Of a stretch of DNA of 64,000 bases, positions 29,673 to 41,400 are shown piece by piece. Location: positions 128,001 to 192,000 of the forward strand of contig JAYFMW010000008.1 in NCBI GenBank assembly GCA_042408215.1, in the 5' to 3' direction. The translations under genes were made by a program, and so were the position numbers. Below the pieces are notes generated by a model. That model was given only the letters and a program-made list of their open reading frames with translations. It was not told the origin of the DNA and did no database searches. This DNA comes from Microcoleus sp. (GTDB lineage Bacteria; Cyanobacteriota; Cyanobacteriia; Cyanobacteriales; Microcoleaceae). Each line of letters opens with the position of its first letter. Within the stretch, counting starts at the first letter, position 1.

Positions 29673-30947
29673 TTATCTGGGCGGGCGTCGGTTCCGCAGA
29701 AAATCAGGAATATCCAAGCCCAAATCCTGTTTCGGCTTAACTTCCTGGCTCGGCGACGGAGAAGCTGGCGGCTGCGGCACTGTTGCAGCCCGCCAAGGAG
29801 CGTTAGCATTTTGCGTGCGCGATGCAGCCGGAGGCGACGGAATTTCCCCCGAAAAACCAGTAGCGATTACAGTGATCTTAATTTCGCCCTGAAGCCGCTC
29901 GTCAATCACTGCTCCAAAAATAATATTGGCATTCGGATCGACCACCTCGTAAATCGTCTCAGCCGCCGCATTCACCTCGTGCAGCGTCATGTCAGTACCG
30001 CCAGTAATGTTAAACACCACACCTCTAGCGCCCTCGATCGACGAAGCTTCCAGCAGAGGCGAAGAAATCGCCTGCATCGCCGCTTCCCTAGCCCGCGACT
30101 TCCCAGAACCCACGCCAATCCCCATCAAAGCCGAACCCGCATCCGCCATGATCGCCCGCACGTCAGCAAAGTCAACATTCACCAAACCGGGAATCGTAAT
30201 AATGTCAGAAATACCCTGAACCCCTTGGCGCAGGATATCGTCAGCAACTCGGAAAGCTTCTTGCACTGGCATTTGTTCGGAAATCACCGACAACAGCTTG
30301 TCGTTCGGAATCACGATCAGCGTATCCACCCGACTTTGCAAAGCCGCGATCCCTTCTTCAGCTTGACTGGTGCGCCGCCGCCCTTCAAAAGTAAAAGGCC
30401 GCGTCACGATGCCCACCGTCAAAGCGCCCATTTCCTTCGCCACCTCAGCCACAATCGGAGCCGCACCCGTGCCGGTGCCGCCGCCCATGCCGGCCGTGAT
30501 AAACACCAAATCCGCGTGATTCAAAGCATTCGCAATTTCATCGCGAGATTCCTCAGCAGCCTTTTGACCGATCGCCGGATTGCCTCCTGCGCCCAAACCC
30601 CTTGTCAACTTCTGTCCGACTTGCAAGCGTTTAGGTGCATTTGACAGAACTAGAGCTTGGGAATCTGTATTCACGCACCAAAACTCTACGCCAGAAACCT
30701 CGCTAGCGATCATGCGGTTAACGGCGTTGCCCCCACCCCCGCCGACGCCAATTACTTTGATTTTGGCTGCACTACTGGGCATGATGTCTTTGGGATTCAC
30801 CATAGGATCGATATCTATACTATCTACATTTACATAACCAGACTTGCGTCTAAAGGGATTGGCGGAATCGAGTGCCAGCGGAAATTTTCTTGGTTCTTCC
30901 GAATGGGGACTGTCTTGGCCAGACCCCTGTCTATTATTAAGCGTCAT
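29673..30947 (-). CDS. ftsZ: Cell division protein FtsZ
   Basis: [26 protein letters not shown]-terminal LDIPDFLR. Confidence 0.98.
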   Translation of the reverse strand: MTLNNRQGSGQDSPHSEEPRKFPLALDSANPFRRKSGYVNVDSIDIDPMVNPKDIMPSSAAKIKVIGVGGGGGNAVNRMIASEVSGVEFWCVNTDSQALVLSNAPKRLQVGQKLTRGLGAGGNPAIGQKAAEESRDEIANALNHADLVFITAGMGGGTGTGAAPIVAEVAKEMGALTVGIVTRPFTFEGRRRTSQAEEGIAALQSRVDTLIVIPNDKLLSVISEQMPVQEAFRVADDILRQGVQGISDIITIPGLVNVDFADVRAIMADAGSALMGIGVGSGKSRAREAAMQAISSPLLEASSIEGARGVVFNITGGTDMTLHEVNAAAETIYEVVDPNANIIFGAVIDERLQGEIKITVIATGFSGEIPSPPAASRTQNANAPWRAATVPQPPASPSPSQEVKPKQDLGLDIPDFLRNRRPPR

Positions 30948-31105
30948 TAGAGTCGGGGATGGTAGATTACAGTTTGTTAACGTATCGCCAATTCACACTC
31001 AACTATAGGCTAAGTTGCGCGAAAAACTCACAGAAGCGAGGCTCAATGTTAGCAATCTTGGATCTTGCCTAGCAACTAGGAGGAAGCGATCGCTCTCTCA
31101 CAGGA

Positions 31106-32011
31106 TCAATTCTCCGCAGGAGTTGGTGCGGGATTTGAATTCTCGGAACTACCGGGGAGTTCCGGCAGGTGGACGATCGGGGAAGCAGGATTTTTCAAGT
31201 CAATGTATGCAATTTTGCTTGAATCTAGCTGTTTTGGCAATTGTCGCATTCGGTCTAAAACCTTAAGTTGCGAGGCTGTCCTTGAACTGTACGGCCCTAG
31301 GTGTACAGTACCGAGCTCTGTTTTCAGGATCAAGTTGTTCGGGTCTTGCCAATCTATCTCAAACACTTTCACCGCCAAACCCCTGAGTCCTTGGTAAAAT
31401 TCTGGCCAAGAGGCGCGATAAAGTTCCAAAGATCCTATGACTTTTAAAGTTGGCAAAGCACGAAAGGGCCCAGAACCCTGACTGCTGTTGGCCCCGATCG
31501 AGGTATTTGACGATCGCACAGCAGCAGTATAGCTCTCTGACGGCATCCAACCTCCCCGATCGTCCAGCCAACCCACTTTTTGCTTGTCACTATTCCGACC
31601 AGGCACTGAAGAGGGCTGCGCCACCGCTACCGGCCGCCGTTCTGTCACTTCTACCGTCAAACTCGGCGGAAATAGGTTGCGAGTCACCTTCGCTTTGGCT
31701 ATAGGGCCGATCGACTCCAGCTTTTTAGCGAGCACTTGCGGTTGAATCCCCCACAGCGACTGCGGGTAAGATAGTGGCACCAAAGACCGCACCGCCTTGT
31801 CTGACAGCCACTGATTGCCCTCCACCTTCACTTGTTCCGATCGGGCTATCAACCAAGCCGGCTGGGCAATCCACCACAGCAAACCCCCAGCCATTGCACT
31901 CACTGCCACCATCTGCCACACAACTGTCGCTAATCTCAAGCGCCTCTGCCGCCGCAACTGTTGGCGTCTGCGCCCTAACTCTGTTTGAGAAACCGCTCCA
32001 AAACTAGCCAT
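31106..32011 (-). CDS. ftsQ: Cell division protein FtsQ
   Basis: Basic N-terminus, single TM, POTRA region (VKVEGNQWLS...LFPPSLTVEVTER), AYIDL; upstream of ftsZ. Confidence 0.88.
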   Translation of the reverse strand: MASFGAVSQTELGRRRQQLRRQRRLRLATVVWQMVAVSAMAGGLLWWIAQPAWLIARSEQVKVEGNQWLSDKAVRSLVPLSYPQSLWGIQPQVLAKKLESIGPIAKAKVTRNLFPPSLTVEVTERRPVAVAQPSSVPGRNSDKQKVGWLDDRGGWMPSESYTAAVRSSNTSIGANSSQGSGPFRALPTLKVIGSLELYRASWPEFYQGLRGLAVKVFEIDWQDPNNLILKTELGTVHLGPYSSRTASQLKVLDRMRQLPKQLDSSKIAYIDLKNPASPIVHLPELPGSSENSNPAPTPAEN

Positions 32012-32732
32012 TTATCTCTCTTCAATTTAGTAATTATCAATTTTTTGCAAATTACAACTATTTAATCTCTCTCCACCAGCCCCCGTTTCCCCTACCATTT
32101 AACCAGGATACCCGCAAAATTACCCAAACCGCTCCCAAAATCAGTAAGATCACTGATCCTGCTAAGCTACTAAGCACATAAATTTGCCGCCGCAGGGGGA
32201 TAATTTTTCCCGCCACCCTTTTTCCTGTATCTTTCTTCTTCCTTCCCCTTCCCCCGGAACCGCAACCCCATTACCGATAAAAGGTTGTTTGGGTGTTTAG
32301 GGTATTACCCCACAGGGCAAAATGCTACATATCAAGATTCAACTAAAGTTTGAAAGTTTAAACTTTCGATTAACTTTTTTAACCGTATTGTCGGCGACCA
32401 TTGCGATCGCACTGGAATTAGACAGATTCTATAAAGCCTGCACGCCCCACCAAGACCATCGTCGCGGGCGACCCGGTCGATTATCAATACTATATTGATT
32501 TTGCTGATTGTACTTGCAGTGCAAATTCATTGAGTCTTTGCAGCGGACAATTACCCGCATCACAATCTTGCCAACCTGTCATACCAATTTTTTGTGAGGC
32601 TGCATAGAATTTGATCCCCCCTAACCCCCCGCGAGTTCGGGGAGTAGGGGGGGGGGACAAGAGCGCGATCTTTCGTCAACCCCTACTCACACCCTACTCC
32701 CTTATTAAGGGGGATGCGAGGGGGATCAGAAT

Positions 32733-34976
32733 ATGTGCAACGACCCATTAAATTGGTATCAGCACATTGATATTTTGACGGAACTGCAAGCGGTTTATTT
32801 CGAGCAGGGAGAGTATCTTAAAGCTTTTCGGATTAATAAAACCCAGCGTGCGATCGAAGAGCAATACGGATTTAGAGCTTTGAGCGGAGCCTGTCAATTG
32901 CAGCAGCAGCGACAAGCGGTTAACCCGTCGAGTCCCTCAGCCCCAAATCAAGCAGCAATTGCAGCGGAAATGACCACTCCCGCCAGAAAGATCTCAAAGC
33001 TGCTAGAAACAATTAGCCTGGACGACCATAAATTAACAATTATTCACGGGCCGATGGTCGGAACAGCAAAAGTTCTCTAGTCCATGCTGGATTAGTACCA
33101 GCTTTAAAGATCACTCCCCACGGGATACTTGGCCCGTATTAGTCAAAGTTTATACTGATTGGCTGGGGGAATTGGAAAATGCTTTGAATGGCGCGCTGTA
33201 CTACAAACAAGCCTAGGAATACAGGACAATCAGGGCCGAAATAGTACAGTAAATTCACGTAAATCATCGACTGGTAGTACCAGCCCGCACCGAATAAATT
33301 TATTTTTTTAGCACATACAAATAGCGATAAAATTGCCATAACAATTTATCAAATATTCGGATTTTTTACCAGTTTTAATAATTGTTCTTTCTTTCAACAT
33401 CAGTGGCTCAGAGGCAACTTTTTGATCTATTTTTACGTGGATTCTTAAATCTACCTTTTGTCAAGGTAATTCTGTGCTTGCGCTCAGATTATTTGCACTA
33501 TTTGCTAGACTGCGATCGCTTTCCCAATCTCGATGATGCTATCAACAATAATATTCTCGACAAAAGCATCCGCTACCAACTGCGAAGTTTTTCCATTAAA
33601 GAGGCGCGGGCTGCGATCGGACACTTAACAGAACGGGCCGAATTTTATTTAGAACCAGAATTGATAGATGCTTTCGTAAAAAATTTAGCAGAATATCTTC
33701 AAGAAGTGCGACCGATCGAATTGCAGGTAGTGGGAGCGCAACTGCAAGAATAAAATATTAATACTATAGCACAATACCAGCCGTTGGGCGACAATCCCAA
33801 AGCAGAATTAGTTCAGCGATCCCTCGAACGAGTAATCTCTAATTGCGGCCCGGTTAACGAAGACGCAGGTGGGAAAATATTGTTTTCCCTAACAGACGAA
33901 AGAGGAGTTCTGCTAATTAAAACCAAACACGAACTCTCCTTAGTTACAGGCCCGCCATCAGCAGATGAGGGGGAAACCGATTTGTCGGCGATCGGCAGAA
34001 TCAGCCGAATTTCGCTACACCGAAAAATCGCAAAACACCCAGAAATATCACCCAATAAAACCGATAACCTCGACTTAAATTTAGACATTTTAGTCGGTCA
34101 TGGTTTGTTATTTCTACTGCGGGAGTCCCCCGAAGATCCTGGCGATCAATTGGTTCACGACTATCTAGTGCGGCCGAGCCGTCAAAGATTCGGCTTAGAA
34201 GCCAGACTACATAAAGCAGAAGCTGACAAAAACATGAGTCAAGTACAACTCTACCGAGCCAATACTTTTCTCAAACAACTGCTAGGATTAGCAGTCATTG
34301 GCGTACTGCTACTAACCATTTCCACCATCGCCACCGTAAACTTTTGGTGGCGGGCTGTCGGTCAAAAACAGCTAGCTGTGGCTCAAACTCAGCGAGCCGA
34401 AATCAGCACCCTAACCGCAGTTTCAGAAGCACTTTATTTCTCCAACAACAAATTTGACTCCACGATCAAAAGTTTGAGAGCGGGGAAACAGTGGAGACTC
34501 CCCCGACGGTCAAACTTTTGCTTCGGTTAGTGCGGATGGAACTGTCAAACTCTGGAGTCTGGCTGCTGTTGATCCAAAACACCCGCTAGATGTCAGCAAG
34601 CTCAAACCTCCGACTGCGCCTGCTGAGAACCTTTGAGGGACACGCCGATCGAATTACTCAGGTGAGTTTGAGCCCGGATGGTTTGTTGGTTGCTTCCGGT
34701 AGTTACGATCGCCAGGTGAAATTGTGGAGTCGCAGCGGGACTTTGCTGAAAACTCTGACGGGACATAAAGACAGCGTGATGAGTGTGAGTTTTAGCCCGG
34801 ATGGGAAGGTTCTGGCTTCTGCTGGTAGGGATAATCCGGTGATTTTGTGGAATTTGGATCTTGACGATTTGCTGGTGAGGGGCTGCGATTGGGTGGGCGA
34901 TTATCTGAGGACTAATCCGAATGTGAGCGATCGCGATCGGCGTTTGTGCGACGGGGTAGCGCCTAAACAGTTTTAG
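32733..34976 (+). pseudogene. Decayed STAND-NTPase/WD40 repeat gene in several fragments
   Basis: Fragments YFEQGEYLKAF, LTIIHG, VKVILCLRSDYLHYLL, EVRPIELQVVGAQLQ, QLVHDYLV and WD40 tail [16 protein letters not shown], broken by stops and frameshifts. Confidence 0.75.
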
Positions 34977-35193
34977 TCATTTGATGTTTGGGGGTTGGCA
35001 GTTGACGGTTGACTGTGAAGCAACGGAGGACACGGGATTGCCGTTTCCCTCTCGCAAAATAATCTATCGCGATCGCCAGAGATGTAACTATCGCCCGATT
35101 AATTGTAGGGAAACGGCACTACTGAAAGCAGATATACCCTCCCTTAGAAAATTTATAATGTGGCAAGTAGGTTAATCTAGTAAAACTTTCAGG

Positions 35194-35403
35194 TCAGGAT
35201 TCATAATTTCCTGTTTTATACCTGTAGATTATGGATTTTTCTGTCCGCACATAAACAATTGTGTTTCTCTGATTTGGTAAAGGCTTAATATGTTTGATTT
35301 GACCGGAAACAATTTCTATAGGAATCAAACCGGGAGCGAATGCAGGACAAGTTCCATCTGGTCGAAAATAGAGACAGTATTGACATCCTTTGTACTCAAT
35401 CAT
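35194..35403 (-). CDS. Small Cys-rich putative immunity protein, allele 3
   Basis: GCxxC...TCPAF..GLIP...KHIKPLPNQRNTIVY, homologous to 37935 and 38222. Confidence 0.65.
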   Translation of the reverse strand: MIEYKGCQYCLYFRPDGTCPAFAPGLIPIEIVSGQIKHIKPLPNQRNTIVYVRTEKSIIYRYKTGNYES

Positions 35404-35408
35404 TTTTT

Positions 35409-35489
35409 TTACGATTCAATCACTACTACTTGTTCAGGAGGAGATACTATAAAGTATTTCAAGGCCGTAATTTCTACGATATCAATACC
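35409..35489 (-). pseudogene. Orphan toxin C-terminal remnant (ART-tip variant)
   Basis: Translates GIDIVEITALKYFIVSPPEQVVVIES*, which aligns by eye to GYDAI...YYIVFDPKQVVVVEE* of the main toxin. Confidence 0.6.
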
Positions 35490-35538
35490 TTAATTATTGG
35501 GTCGATTTTCCGAAACCAACAACTAAAATAGGAATATT

Positions 35539-36069
35539 ATGCTGATTACACCAGATGAACTACTAGAACGCTATCAAAAGGGAGAGCGCAATTTTGCCGG
35601 ATTGAGGATGGAGGCTAATACAGACCATCCTGATGTCTTATATGGTGCTCACCTAAGTAATATTATCTTAAGTGGAATTTACTGGCCGGGAGCTAGGCTT
35701 AGAGACGTTAACTTAACAAAAGCTAAATTAATAGGAGCTTATATGCCCGATGCTGATTTGACATTAGCAGACCTAACATGGGCCGATCTAAACGGAGCTA
35801 CATTGAGGCGGGCTTGTTTAGAATGTACTAATTTGACAGGAGCTAGGCTGGAATATGCTAACTTGATTCAAGCTAACTTGGAGGGGGCTGATACTCTTAA
35901 TGCTAATTTTGAAGATAGTCTTTTGTGCCAATTAAATTTGATGCAAGTTAGGCCTGCGGGTATTGCCATTGACCGTGTTAATATCCATTGCGTAGGTGCG
36001 TTACTCTGGAATACAGTCATGCCTGATGGCAGGTTTGTTGCTGAGCCTAAATACGATACGAGATACTAA
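35539..36069 (+). CDS. Pentapeptide repeat protein
   Basis: ELLERYQKGERNFAG, A(D/N)Lxx repeats, ALLWNTVMPDG. Confidence 0.85.
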   Translation: MLITPDELLERYQKGERNFAGLRMEANTDHPDVLYGAHLSNIILSGIYWPGARLRDVNLTKAKLIGAYMPDADLTLADLTWADLNGATLRRACLECTNLTGARLEYANLIQANLEGADTLNANFEDSLLCQLNLMQVRPAGIAIDRVNIHCVGALLWNTVMPDGRFVAEPKYDTRY

Positions 36070-36109
36070 ACAAGGCTATCCAATTAGTTCGGTCATTATC
36101 ATTACATAT

Positions 36110-36643
36110 TCAGTCGTGATACTTTGCACTATCAATAAACGTGCCATCAGGCAGATGAGTTTCCCAGAGCAAAGCCTTAGTGCAGAGTACCTGACGATGG
36201 CATTCTTCATCTAGCTTGACTTTGGAAAGATTTACTTTACAAAGAATACTTTCACTTAAATCAGCACCTGTTAAGTCGGTCTCAATTAATTGAGCCTCTG
36301 TTAAGTTAGCTCCAATCAATTTAGCACCTCTGAGGTTAGTTTTAAGTAGACGAGCCTCAGTAAGGTTGGCTCCTGTCAGGTTTGCACCTGAGAGGTCAGC
36401 CTCTCTTAGTGAAGTACGCCATAACTGAGTTCCAACCAACTGGGATCCTTGCAAGTTCATTAGGCTTAGGTTGGCATTACAAAGGCTTACTCCACTTAAA
36501 ATAATATCGCTTAAAAAAATAAGATCGCGTAAGTAAAGTGTGGTGCCATCCTCACGGTAGCTGTTATATAACTGTATACCAGCAAAGTTACGTTCCCCAG
36601 CATTATAACGCTCGCTTAATTCGGCTATTGTCATCTCAACCAT
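36110..36643 (-). CDS. Pentapeptide repeat protein (candidate nuclease immunity)
   Basis: ELSERYNAGERNFAG, ANLTGANLTEA, ALLWETHLPDG; starts 25 bp after the nuclease remnant. Confidence 0.85.
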   Translation of the reverse strand: MVEMTIAELSERYNAGERNFAGIQLYNSYREDGTTLYLRDLIFLSDIILSGVSLCNANLSLMNLQGSQLVGTQLWRTSLREADLSGANLTGANLTEARLLKTNLRGAKLIGANLTEAQLIETDLTGADLSESILCKVNLSKVKLDEECHRQVLCTKALLWETHLPDGTFIDSAKYHD

Positions 36644-36668
36644 AATTTTGTCTCCCTGAACTTATTAC

Positions 36669-37190
36669 TTAAAAGACTGTAGGTAAAGTAATATTGTTTT
36701 CAATTTCTTCTTGAACTTCGGTGGGAATGTTCGAGAAAAAGTTATAGCCAGTGTACTCCTCAATTTCATTGACTGAGAAAATGTGCTTGCGCCAGTCTAG
36801 TTTTGATGGTTCTTGGTTAGTATTTGGCAAAAGTACGCCAAAAGTTTTTGCCTTAATTGTGATATCTGTAGGACTTTGGCCGGGTGCTTCTGGAATTAAA
36901 ACAACTTTCCACAGCATTTCAGGAACATCAATATTAAATTGAGTAGCTCGAGACCTAATTAGTTCCTCTTTGTTTTCGGGTTTTAGTGAGGGAATCAGAT
37001 CACTTGAGCCATATCTGCCAGTAATAACGTAAACCTCATTGCTGGGGTTATTACTTTTTCTGACAAAGGTGTTTATGTCACCTTCGATCGCCCGCGCTTA
37101 AAATAAACTTCATTACCATTATTTATGTCATCAGGACTGAAAGTAGCATCAACTGGCCGAACATTGTCAGGATTTTGGGGAAAATTACTA
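36669..37190 (-). pseudogene. DNA/RNA non-specific (NucA-like) endonuclease toxin tip with internal deletion
   Basis: EVYVITGRYG...IDVPEMLWKVVL...DWRKHIFSVNEIEEYTGYNFFSNIP; upstream segment ends YFKRG and is joined out of frame near 37095. Confidence 0.7.
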
Positions 37191-37227
37191 TGGAAACCTC
37201 AATCCAAATACGATCGGCAATTTACCT

Positions 37228-37767
37228 CTATCCACTATTTACAGCGTTTTTCCAATAATTATAAGTCGTTAAACCAATAATTTCCTTGTTTTCATTATAG
37301 ATATCATCCAAACAATTGAAAAGAGCTAAAGCATAATTTTTCAATCCCAAAATTGTTAAACTTTTCAGTATCCTAGTCAGGCGCAGGTAATTGTGATTCA
37401 ATCTTTCAATCCACTTTCGGCTTCTGGACAAATATTCCTCAGATTTGGCAAGGACAATTTCCGCGTTTTCTTCTGTGCGGCATTCCAACCCGTAAAAAGC
37501 CAGCATGACTTTGAGAGATTTAATTAAGCGATTTCTCAACTCATCGCTTGTTCTAAAAGCTTGAATCGCCCGATAGTTCAAAGTAGGAGCGCTCGTATTG
37601 ACGTAACTTTTTTCTGTCAGCGGAAACAGCCATTGAATGTAGTCGTGTATCGCTTCCAACTTCTGGTAATCCCACGACCAAATATCCTCGATCGCCCGGC
37701 CTTGCGAATTTGGCTGCTGGCCGAGATAAAAATCTAAAATTGGATTTGATTCGCTTAAATAACTCAT
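37228..37767 (-). CDS. Opioid growth factor receptor (OGFr_N)-like protein
   Basis: LEAIHDYIQWLFPL...LAFYGL...NHNYLRLTRILKSL. Confidence 0.85.
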   Translation of the reverse strand: MSYLSESNPILDFYLGQQPNSQGRAIEDIWSWDYQKLEAIHDYIQWLFPLTEKSYVNTSAPTLNYRAIQAFRTSDELRNRLIKSLKVMLAFYGLECRTEENAEIVLAKSEEYLSRSRKWIERLNHNYLRLTRILKSLTILGLKNYALALFNCLDDIYNENKEIIGLTTYNYWKNAVNSG

Positions 37768-37785
37768 TAATTCCTTAGAAATGAT

Positions 37786-37911
37786 TTACTGACATTTGAA
37801 GATATCGATCGATTGTCTTAAGGTGCCGACATTGGTCAAAAGATACCAACCTTCATCCTCCTGTTTTCCTCTATATTTTCCCCACCAATAACCTCGACCA
37901 AATCCGCCACC
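37786..37911 (-). mobile_element. Probable IS4-family transposase fragment
   Basis: Translates GFGRGYWWGKYRGKQEDEGWYLLTNVGTLRQSIDIFKC, resembling cyanobacterial IS4 transposases. Confidence 0.5.
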
Positions 37912-37934
37912 GGTGGGGCTTTTGACTCTTGTTG

Positions 37935-38135
37935 TCACTCCGTCAGCCAAAAAGGTTTTTCCGCTGGTTCATAAACAATTGTATTGTCCCGATCGGGTAA
38001 AGGTTTTGTATGTTCTTTTCCGACGAAAATAATTAGTGGAATTCCTTCAGGAAAGGCGCGACAAGTTGGCATCTCGTTTATATACACGTCATGAAACCAG
38101 TGACGGCAGGCACGGCATCCTCCATATTCAGCCAT
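37935..38135 (-). CDS. Small Cys-rich putative immunity protein, allele 2
   Basis: MAEYGGCRACRH...PTCRAFPEGIP...HTKPLPDRDNTIVYEP. Confidence 0.7.
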   Translation of the reverse strand: MAEYGGCRACRHWFHDVYINEMPTCRAFPEGIPLIIFVGKEHTKPLPDRDNTIVYEPAEKPFWLTE

Positions 38136-38139
38136 TTGA

Positions 38140-38196
38140 TTAATCCTCAACAAAAACAACTTGTTTGGGGTCGAAAACTAAATGATATTGCATCAT
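38140..38196 (-). pseudogene. Orphan toxin C-terminal remnant (ART-tip variant)
   Basis: Translates MMQYHLVFDPKQVVFVED*, versus MMLYYIVFDPKQVVVVEE* in the main toxin. Confidence 0.75.
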
Positions 38197-38221
38197 TTGG
38201 TGGGGCTTTTGACTCTTGTTG

Positions 38222-38422
38222 TCACTCCGTCAGCCAAAAAGGTTTTTCGGCTGGTTCATAAACAATTGTATTGTCCCGATCGGGTAAAGGTTTTGTATGT
38301 TGTATAGTTCCGACGATAATAATTGGTGGAATTCCTTCAGGAAAGGCGCGACAAGTTGGAATACCGTTTATATACACGCGAAGATAGTGACGGCAGCCAC
38401 GGCATCCTGCATATTCAGCCAT
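38222..38422 (-). CDS. Small Cys-rich putative immunity protein, allele 1 (cognate position)
   Basis: ATG 4 nt after the toxin stop; MAEYAGCRGCRH...PTCRAFPEGIP...HTKPLPD. Confidence 0.7.
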   Translation of the reverse strand: MAEYAGCRGCRHYLRVYINGIPTCRAFPEGIPPIIIVGTIQHTKPLPDRDNTIVYEPAEKPFWLTE

Positions 38423-38426
38423 TTGA

Positions 38427-41400
38427 TTACTCCTCAACAACAACTACTTGTTTGGGGTCAAAAACTATATAGTATAGCATCATTTCTGGGCTTCTAGTCG
38501 CGATCGCATCATACCCCTGAGATTTGAGATCCTCTACATATCTAACCGTCCGCTCTGGTTCTTGTAGACCAGTTTCCTGACCGTAATTAGCTACCCGCTC
38601 ATCAAATTCAGTTAAATCCTGATAAACTTTGGGGTTTTTTACGTTCAGCATAATCTTTAATATCGGACCCTGCGTTGGATTGCCATTCTCATCACTGCTA
38701 AAATCCTTAGCCCTCTCCTCCAGATTTGTCAAATAAAAACCTTCTCCGAAGAAACCTCTTGTGAACCTACCAGGATTTACACCAATATTCGTAATACTAC
38801 TAGCACCCGCTGGGCTAGTTCCATGATAGAGCGTGCGTCCGCTGTAGTAGCTATTTTTTGTATATTCTTCAGCCTCAGCCAGAGTCATAGAAGGTTCCCA
38901 CTTCTTGCCAAAAGAAATATCGTCAAGGTAAACAGTGCCGTCATTGATTTCAAACTTGAGTAAAGCTGCCTTACCGCGCAGTTCTTCCGGGAGATTTAGG
39001 TAGAAAGTTTCCAAGCCTTCAGTACCATAACCGATCTTGCGAATATTGCTGTCGAGCTCTGGACCAGAGCTATTTATTCCAGATACTCGCTCTAAATCGA
39101 TAGTTCCTATTGACGTAAACTGTTCGTAACCAGCTACGTCTGCTCTCAGAGAAACCGTAATTTTTCTTCCCGCACCGAGTTGGTCTTCAGGTACGTGCAG
39201 GTCGAATTTCAAACTATCGTGTAAGCTGTTTTGATCGGGGACAAGAAATAGATTATGAATTATTTCTTTAGGTCCATCGGTTCCTCCCATCTTCAAGGTA
39301 TAGTTTTTTCCCGCCAAACCCGGGTTTAATATTCTTTGCTCTTCAGTTAAAAAGGTATCAATCTCATCCCGTTCATGCAGATGTCTTTGCGACACATTAG
39401 GATTGTCGGATACACTTAAAGAGTTGTAAAAAGACCAGCCTGGAACACTCTGAGCTGTAAAACGTTTGCTGGCGTCAAAATTACCATTGAAAAGGGTGGG
39501 AACTGCATAGTCACCTCGCATCTTGTTACCTATAATTTCGTCTGTGTAGGTATTGTCCTCAGTTACGGGGACACGGTTACTTACGTTAGCATCATAGGGG
39601 CGTAATTGAGAGCCACCACCCAGTACCGAGTAAAACCAGCCAGTACCGATACCTTCCCAAGGAGCTCGTTGTTCACCGTGAGTAAAATTAGCATTCGTAT
39701 GATCGGGTGTGTACCACGTAGGTGTGGTTGGATTGCCTGAACTATCTAGTTCCAGATCTCCAAGCCGACGGTAAATCCTCTCTCCATTCTTTGAGGGGAG
39801 TTGACTTCCGCTAAGGTTAGTTGTTCCTCCATACCAAGTTAGAGCCTGCATGGGAGGCTTTCCATCCGTGCTATTTTCAGTAAATCCAATCCGGCTCGAG
39901 CCACCAGAACCACCAAGGTGTACGTTCCAATCCGCCTCTGCAATTCGCCGACCAGGACGGGTATTGGTTTCCTGTGTCTCCAGAGCGGGGACGTCTTGAT
40001 AATAGTTATCGGCATAGGTAACATTTTCCCAGATCCGCACTTCTGGATCGCGGAAGCTTTTTAAGGAGCTTACAAAGTAATCTTGGTCGAAATCATGAGG
40101 ATCGATCGTTGTCATCTGGAGGTCGCGGTTTACAAGGCTAGTACCACCAGCGAGGGGAAAATAAGTCCCCAAACGCTGGACAATTTCATTGTCGATCGCT
40201 GCACCCTGACCAAACCCAATAAAGTGCATAGGTGAATTGAAAAGGGTGTTTTCCAAACTTTGATTTAAAGCTACCAGTGAGGCAAAAAAGGCATCTGCGG
40301 CTGCCTCAGTAAAGCCAGAGTTAAATGCGGTTGCTTCTGGCGGCTGTTCCCATCCAGGGATTAGTATCAGTGGTGCGCCAAATTTATGAGTTGGAGGGGA
40401 GAAGGTTGTGGAGCCATCAAAATTCAGCCACCCCCATTTGTTAGTAGCCCGATCGTAACGCATGACCAAACCATTTTCTTTAGTCAGGTGAGAAGCCATC
40501 TGCTCGAATTGGCGGTCTATCAAATTAGATTGAGGTTCTAAGCCCCGCGTTAACACCGTAACGCTGCTGAAAGTATTGCCACCAGAAATCGGAGCCGGCA
40601 GTAAAGTCTTAAACTTGTCGGTAACAACTTTTCTTTCCCTTTTGTTCGTCACAGCTTCCACAGCCCAATGATATTCCTGGCCCGCCGTCAAAATTCGGTC
40701 ATTAGAAAGAGTAAACTCCTCAGAAGAACCAGCCTTATTACCTCCATTCCAAGTCCAGGTACCATTCTTCCATTGAGCAGTCAGAACCCGATTCGGATTG
40801 TAATCTTTTTCGACAGTCGGATTTAACCCCGACCACCGATCGCCCGGCAACAAGCCCTTCCCTTGCGGAAAAACGCTTACATAAAGATTGACCTCATCGA
40901 CATCAGTATCGGGATTAAAACCAGTCAGACCGCATTCTTCACCGTCACCCTTCAAATCCCATTTAAAAGTAGGAGTTAGAGGATTGCTTTCACTCTCGCT
41001 AGTACCAATCGGCCCCTCTAATTCCAGCCAGTTTTTAACAGAAGCTATTGCCAAACCTTTAGGATTTCCACCGATACCAATTGGAGCGCGGTTCGTGCCT
41101 TCTGGTACGCTAAAGGTAAAGTTATTAATCCAATTTCCCCCGGTAATTTCGTAGTCAGCGGCAATACTGGCCAAAGGGTTGATATCGTCAATAGGCACGC
41201 GGGCGAGGTCAGCAACAGTCGCATTTCGCTCAGTGTTAGTCACGAAACCAACGCTACCCACACCCCTGTCGCGGGCGTCAAGCTTGTAATTACCCGGATT
41301 CTCTATAGCCTTAATCATTTCCTCAACATCGAAAACGTAGGAACTTCCTCCTAGCTCTAGGGTGGGATAGGAACCAATCAAATATTTGCCGTCGCTCGAA

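Noticed and set aside
29589..30644. 351-aa plus-strand ORF
   Set aside because: Antisense shadow of ftsZ that starts in a repeat.
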